From contig CM022679.1 of the NCBI GenBank assembly GCA_012295275.1, positions 29,202,001-29,266,000 of the forward strand: 64,000 nt of DNA, written 5' to 3'. Positions 56,390-64,000 of the stretch are shown piece by piece (positions within the stretch are counted from its first letter, which is position 1; every line of letters begins with the position of its first letter). The stretch is from Chrysomallon squamiferum (taxonomy: Eukaryota > Animalia > Mollusca). A model generated the notes under the pieces. The model was not told the origin of the DNA, ran no database searches, and saw nothing but the letters and a program-made list of their open reading frames with translations. Position numbers and translations under genes: made by a program.

Positions 56390-56841
56390 TTAAGGTAATA
56401 AAAACTGTCACCTATTAATTCAAAAAGACATAATAATGAAGCAAGTCTAGGACAGGTGACAGCAAATATTTTCTAATTTACTTGGGCCAGAAGACTAGGA
56501 AGACAGGTAGGGTAGCCTGGGGCAGTAACAAACATAGATTTACCTGAACAGGTAAAATTTACAGGTGCTCTGAATATGCAATCATCATCATTATTAAATA
56601 GATGAAAAGATATGTCAGCACTGTGTCAATATTATAAAGTGAGAACTGCCAGGTAAACAGATGTATTTTAAAAAGTAACAATTAGTTAGCAAGATCAAAG
56701 ATTTTCTTAAATCTCTCTCATTTTTTGTAATTAGATAATAACTGTTTAAGTGTCATCATTAGTTTTACCTTTTGCTGCAAGTGTTTTTTTGTTTTTTTTT
56801 GTTATTATTAATAGTAAAATTCATGAAATATCATTGTTATA

Positions 56842-56875
<34 letters not shown>

Positions 56876-56984
56876 TGTCTGTTAAAAATTAAATTACCTT
56901 CAACAACAGCTAAAAATTTCAGTAACAAGTCTCAATTAGTTTGTAATGTGTGAGAAACTTTTTTTGTTTTGTTTTAAACTGAAT

Positions 56985-57029
<45 letters not shown>

Positions 57030-57101
57030 TTAATAACAGTAATAATTAATATTATAATAATAATAAATTTAATAATAAAAAAAATAGTATCAACAATAAT
57101 G

Positions 57102-57158
<57 letters not shown>

Positions 57159-57939
57159 TTTTTCCCTTAATATTAAAATTAATAGAATTGGACCATTTTT
57201 ATTTTTTGTTATGGTATTTATACTTCTATTGACAGAAAAACTGATTTAAAATTATTCATATATTTTAATAGGAAAATACTGTATACCTTTTGCAAAGATA
57301 AAATGTAAATTTAATTTCTTTTTTGAAAAAAAAAATTCTTTAGATATTATAAATGAACATAAAAAATGTATTTAGATGCACTGTCAAGTTTGTGTTATTG
57401 TTCTCTCTCTCTCTCTCTCTCTCTCATGGTATTATTCTTGAATAAAAAAAATTCTTTAAAAAAAAAAAAGGCCTTTTTAAGATTAATGAAGGAGTCTTTG
57501 GTTTTTTTATATTAATATAAAATGTCTTGTTCATTTTCAACTTTTAATTCACATGTTTAACAAAGACTTTTTTCTCTCTCTGACAAAATGACTAATAAAT
57601 ATTCATAAGCAATTAATATTTCAGAAAGATTTTATTTCTTGACTGCTATTAGTACAAAATATATATATATTATTTTTATTTTTTATTTTTTCCTAATAAA
57701 AAGTGTAATGGATATATGGTTTTATTATGTTCAAAAATTAGTTTCAGCAAAAAAAAAAAAAATAATAATAATAAATAATAATAATAATAATAATAAAGAA
57801 AATGATGATGATGATGATAGTTTTTCTCTTTTTTGTGTTTATAAATTAATATTTATGAAATGCCACTAATGTTTATTTAACAATGCAAACATGAAAACTA
57901 GTACTCCAGTATTCAGATTCAAATACTCCAGATGGACTA

Positions 57940-58301
57940 TTTAACACACAGTGGTTCAAACACTGTTAAAGACAGGTTACCTTTAACACAATGATTCAAA
58001 CATTAGTAAAGACAGGTTACCTTTAACACAATGATTCAAACATTAGTAAAGACAGATTCCCTTTAACACAATGATTCAAACACTGTTAAAGACAGTTTCC
58101 CAGTGATTCAAACACTGTTAAAGACAGTTTCCCAGTGATTCAAACACTGTTAAAGACAGTTTCCCAGTGGTTCAAACACTGTTAAAGACAGTTTCCCAGT
58201 GATTCAAACACTGTTTAAGACAGTTTCCCAGTGGTTCAAACACTGTTAAAGACAGTGTCCCAGTGGTTCAAACACTGTTTAAGACAGTTTCCCAGTGATT
58301 C
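57940..58301. repeat. Compound minisatellite: four 40-bp units followed by six related 32-bp units
   Basis: TTTAACACAATGATTCAAACATTAGTAAAGACAGGTTACC changes to CAGTGATTCAAACACTGTTAAAGACAGTTTCC from 58101. Confidence 0.95.
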
Positions 58302-58732
58302 GCTGTCCACACAAATAACTCTCCTAGCTCTGCATATTTGATTTTTGTCTGTGGCCATGAAAAAGAAGCTCTTCATGAAAGAAGGGGGAAAAAAGCTAGC
58401 TAATATTGACATAGATGCACTTTCAAAACCAAAACGTAAAGAAAATGATTTTTTCTTTTTTTCAAACGAAGCTGCAGTGAAAGTTGGTGGTTATTTGAAA
58501 AAGAGGTGACAATTCACCCTGGGTGACAATTCACATGTTCTCACACAGAAGATTTTTTTTTTTAAATTTGTTTTCTTTTGTGCTGTGTTCAGAAATGTTT
58601 TAACAGTTGTTGCCGATAGAATGGAGATAAAGCAATTCACAGGAGCATGCCAGACAGTGTTTTAGCCAATTACTGCTGTTTTCTTTGTGTTAATTAAGTA
58701 ATGTGTTTATTACTGTAACCACACCCTAATTA

Positions 58733-59090
58733 ACTCCCACCTCCTCCTGATCTGCCTACCCCCCTTTCACTCCTCCTTTCTTCTAATCCCTCACCTCTTT
58801 AGCCTTTAACTTTCATTTCTGTCAACATTTTCACTTTCTTCTCTCCCCTTTTTTCTTTCATTCATTTTTTCCTCTCATTTTTTTTTATATCTATCTGTTC
58901 TTTTTTTTTACCTTCCTCCTCAATTTCTTACCTTTATCCTTTTTCTTTCTTACCTTCATACCTTCCCTTTCTTACCTTCATACCTTCCCTTTTTTACCTT
59001 CATTCCTCCCCTTTCTTACCTTTCCCCTCCCCTCCTTTTTTTTTTCTCCCTTCATACCTTCACCTTTCTTACCTTCTTCACCCCTTTCAC
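58733..59090 (+). repeat. Pyrimidine-rich low-complexity tract with internal TACCTTCATACCTTCCCTTT repeats
   Basis: About 350 bp of mostly C/T on the + strand. Confidence 0.8.
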
Positions 59091-59790
59091 ACATCTTCAA
59101 GCAACAACCCTCTGGCTGTTAAAAAAAACAAAAAACCCCTAAAATAATCACTCAACCGTATCATTCATGCTTCAGAAATCATAACAATCCCTGACATCTT
59201 TTGGCAGCCAATGAAATCGCAGGTCACTGTCTAGTGGCAAGCCCGGAATCTCTCGTTTGTTCATTGAGCAGTTTTGCTATCGCCTGTGAGAGATCAGACA
59301 CACACACAGAGAGAAAGAACTCGGCTGCAGTTTTGTGAAGGGAGAAAACAAATTTAAAAAAAAAAAAGTACTCTCATGATAATAATGAGACCAGGTGAAA
59401 CAGCCGTTTGACTGAGTTACCTCAGTTTTATTTCTGGATAAAGGATTTACTGGCTGATAAAGCAGAGGGGAAAAAAAAAACCCTGTGAACTATCACACTG
59501 TTAATACACACACTACTACTGAGTGTGTGTGTGTGTGTATGTGTGTGTCTGTGTGTAAGGTAATAGCTACAGGCAGTCTGACTGGACGGATATAGAACAC
59601 AGGAGTTTAAAGGAAATAACACATCAAATTTTAGCCTGTTGCTGGCGACATAAAGGTGAGTGTGATTAAATGAAACATTATTAAGCTGTGTGGGATATAT
59701 ATTGATATTTCATAGTGTGCACTCTCTTTAGACAGTTTCTGAAGTAAGTTTAATAAAGTTCAGCTTGTTGCTTTTGACATGTGTATATAT

Positions 59791-59835
<45 letters not shown>

Positions 59836-60751
59836 GTATGACACAAAATAGTGTAATATCTATTAGTATAATAATAGTGTTTATAACAGTATAATTATAT
59901 ATTTAATGGCAGCTGATCAATTTTTTTTTTTTTTGACTATCAAATATATATATATACATGTATTTTAATATGTATTTAAACATACAGATATTTTGCTATT
60001 TCCTTATATTATTTAGGACAAATAAAAGCAGTTGTTTAAAATACACTGATGTGATAGTTTATTCTGTGTATGTTTTGTTGTCTGTGAGTATTATACAGAG
60101 GTGCATTTAAAGCATTTTACATGTCTGTGAGATTGTCACTGTGTATGTGTGTGTGCGTGTAAAAAAAAAACAACACATTAAATCCAACCTGTTGGTCACT
60201 ACAAGTTAAATTAAAACACTTACTACAGGCTGTGTGCCACATGCATATACACTCAAATACACAAACTCATATACACTCAAACTCACATGCATTCCACACA
60301 CAAAAACACACACACACACACACACACATGCACACACACATACCAAAAAAACAATATTAATTCTTCATCACTGCTTTTTAAATCCATCTAAGAAATAACT
60401 AATTAATTATCCTAAATTACGTTTTTAAAATATCTAATTATTTTCGGCGTTTGTTGATTCGGGGGGTAATGTTTGAGAAGATAAAATCAATACTGTGAGC
60501 AGAGTTCTGCTGTTTCGTACATTCATCTAACAGGAGGGTGTAACAGTAATTATCTTGTTACTAATGTGATCTATTACTCAGGCTGCACTGTTGCATGTTA
60601 TGTAGTCTGTAGATAATATCTCATTAATAATGTTAGCACTGAGCTCTGTGGTGTGGGTCATTTCATACTACTGACACAGAATCCGATACAAGAGAACAGT
60701 TTATAGACTTTGTTATCAGAATATTACTGTGTTATTTGATCTAAAAATTAG

Positions 60752-60812
<61 letters not shown>

Positions 60813-60889
60813 AGACATACACACACATACACAGACATACACACATACTTACATACATACACATACTTTCACACCTAAGACAAAAATCT

Positions 60890-60921
<32 letters not shown>

Positions 60922-61430
60922 TTTTCTTTCATGTCACACAAGCACTGATTTACATTATAAAAATCCAAAAAAAAAAAAAAAAAAAAAAAAAAAATTAAAA
61001 AAAAGAAAACAATATTTATATGACACGAAATACAGATGTGAACTCAGACCCCAAATCAGCCATTTTCTAAACGAGACATTTTCAAATACATCCAGAGGAT
61101 TATTTTAACTGTCAGTAAAGTTTAAATCCCTCTGAGAATTTTCAACACCAGAGGATACAATACTGGGAGTTTATTGTACATTTTTGTTGTTAAAGGATTG
61201 TTGATAGGGAAATATTACTGAGCAATGGCTGGGTTATTTTCGTGTTCAGTCATGCATAACACATCATTGAGTGTCATGGTACACTGATTTTTACAGGTAC
61301 GATGGAAATCTGTCATATCATATTAAATTACTGCAGCTTTGTTGTCTGTGGATTTTGAACCTGTGTAGATATACATGTACATATTAAATATGTTTTATGT
61401 GTGTCGGTGATGTGTGTGTGTGTGAGTGTG

Positions 61431-61490
<60 letters not shown>

Positions 61491-61577
61491 CAGATTCAAA
61501 TGCTGCATATTAATCAGGTGTTATATATGTACTTACGTACAAGTATATGAGTCTGTGAACATGTACTAATGTACATG

Positions 61578-61623
<46 letters not shown>

Positions 61624-61724
61624 GTTGTATACAGGTACATCTAAGCATGTATGCAATAGTGTATGTATGTGTTTATGTATGTATAATACCATGATGCTGT
61701 TACTACTACTACTACTACTACTGT

Positions 61725-61795
<71 letters not shown>

Positions 61796-62489
61796 ATAAT
61801 AATAATAATAATAAATACTAATAATTATGAAAAAAAGAAGAATCGAAACAAAAGAAATTATTTCACTGTTTGCAATAATTAATAATACACAAACATTTAA
61901 GAAATACTGATATATATATATATATATATATATATACACTTCATTTAGAAATAAAAACAACTGCATAAATAAAATAAAAAGAAAAAAGAAATAAAATACC
62001 TATATAGTTATCACCAAGGTGACAAACAAATACATACATTGTTTACCTTAAAGTCACAAATAACAAAAACAAAATTAAAAATGCATAAAAGAAAGAAAAT
62101 AATAATTAAACAAGAACAAGAGAAAGGAACTTATGAAGGAAATTTTATTATAATTAGAATTCAAAAACATGTTTTTTTTTTGTGTTTTTTTTTACTCCAT
62201 CTCCTTTATACTAAAACATGTCTAAAATCAATTCTAAATGTTTTTTATAACATTTCCTCTTTGTCTGTCATTCAGCTACTGCTCAGGTACAAAGTGCTAA
62301 AACTTTTGTGTTCAATAAGTTCTATTAATAGCTCTGCTTAAGCTGAACCCACAAGGAACCCCACCCATTCGATCTTCACCTAGGAGACAGTTGCCATCTT
62401 GTCTAACTATTCATGTTGTTATTGCCCATCAAAGTTGTTATGGGTTAGCAATAAACTTCACAGTGAAAGTTAATAATAAAATGTTTTAT

Positions 62490-63925
62490 TCCTTGTGTAA
62501 ATTCTGCCAAGCTTAGAAGAGCATTATTAAATGATTCAAGAATGATAAAATGTTAATAAAAAGAGTTATTTATTTCTTAAATTTCTACCTAGTTTATAAC
62601 AGCATCGTCAAGAATAAAATATTATTATTAATAAAACAGATATATTTCATATTTAAATCCCACCCAGATTTGAAGAGCATTATAAAATTACGATCCAAGA
62701 ATAATAAAACTAATATCTTCTTTTGTAAATCCCACAGAGTTTACAATACCTCTTTTAAATTATGATTAAAAGATAATAAAATATTAATAATAAAATGAAT
62801 ACCCGTCTCCTTAAATAGGAGAAGAGTATGGTTATGTCGAGATGTCGTAAAAGAAATGTAAAGTCTTGTTATTATAATAATTTAAATTTACTGCACCAAA
62901 ATACATCGTTATTGCTTTTTTTTTGCATAACAAAGACTTTTCTTTTGTGTATGTAAGAAAAAGAAAAAAAGAAGCTGCATCTATAGACACCATTGTATTA
63001 TTTTCAATAAGAAACAAGGAATCTCTTTTAAGATCATTCCCATAGACAGAAAAAAAAGAAGAAGATTTTTGATAAATCAGTAAAGGAGCAATGGTTGGAA
63101 TGTGAAAAAGTATTAAATGATAAAATTAACAGTATATGCTGGGTATTATAGTTTCACCAAACATGATATTATGATTACCATACAATTCAGAAATGTACTT
63201 GGGGGAAAATAAATAGTAATAATAAAATAAAAGATATTTATCTTTCTTAAATTCCACCAGGTCTTTAAAAGCACATTTAATACAACTCAAGTGCATGGCA
63301 GTTGCGAGTGTTATTGATATCATTTAAAATCAGATTTGAATCAGATATGAAGAACTTAATTATACAATTCAAGAACATTAATATATATCTGTTTTATTTC
63401 TTATTTGAATTCCACCCAGTTAATAAAAGAACCGTCTTGTCTCTGATTTACAATTATGAAACATGAGGTCCATTCTCGTCGCTAAATCCCTCCCAGCTCA
63501 GAGGAGCATGGATAAATGATTTAGGAAAAAGATAAAATACAAGTATTATTTCCTTCTCGCCTTCTTAAATTCCATCCAGATTAGAAGAGCACTATTTAAA
63601 CATAATAAAATTTGACTTTTATTTTGTTCTCGCGCACTGCACTAGTTACAAGAACATGTCCATAAAAATAACAAGAGTTTTATTTACACTGAAACATGAC
63701 TTTTATTCTGGCCTTAAATTTCACACAGATTAGAGGTGCATCATTAAGAAATGATTTAAGGACTATAAAAATGAGACTGTGTGTATTTTTCTTAAATGGT
63801 GTCAAGTCTTGTGATTTTAACCACGTATAATTTGCGTATTTATTAGTTTATTGTGAAAACAACAAAAATGTTTATTTAAATATCTTTATACTTCACTTGT
63901 TAAATTCCTCCAAACTCTTGAGTGG
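62490..63925. repeat. Old degenerate satellite-like array, about 75-85 bp period, core TAAATTCCACCCAGATTAGAAGAGCA
   Basis: Core-like anchors at 62498, 62578, 62654, 62726, 62812, 63248, 63325, 63406, 63483, 63566, 63715 and 63901. Confidence 0.75.
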
Positions 63926-64000
63926 CGTAAAATTTGTCTTTTCTTAATCATTATTTATATAGTAGTTATTTAAAAATAAATAAATAAATTTCAAAATGAA

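Overview
AT-rich, microsatellite-dense eukaryotic (animal) genomic DNA. The repeat style suggests an invertebrate, possibly a mollusc, but that is inference only. The one gene I can support is a partial, minus-strand UTP6 (U3 snoRNP/SSU processome HAT-repeat protein) orthologue. Six internal exons (26044-26120, 21469-21546, 18688-18873, 7262-7339, 6811-6917, 5647-5713) all have canonical AG/GT ends, splice in frame (593 nt), and align collinearly with the C-terminal half of human UTP6 as I recall it. I found no start- or stop-containing exons, so the rest of the window appears intronic, including an apparent intron of about 38 kb or more above 26120. Nearly all ORFs in the track are microsatellite or minisatellite artefacts. 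There is no CRISPR array, rRNA, tRNA or intact transposon. The most interesting signals concern long-intron handling and regulation: a 29-bp inverted repeat at the two ends of the 11.3-kb intron, a candidate recursive splice site, a candidate 9-nt microexon, eight RFX X-box-like palindromes, a CTCF-like site, an NF-Y/YY1 promoter-like module with an antisense ORF, and several degenerate phased-motif arrays. All are hypotheses read by eye; none establishes a new system.
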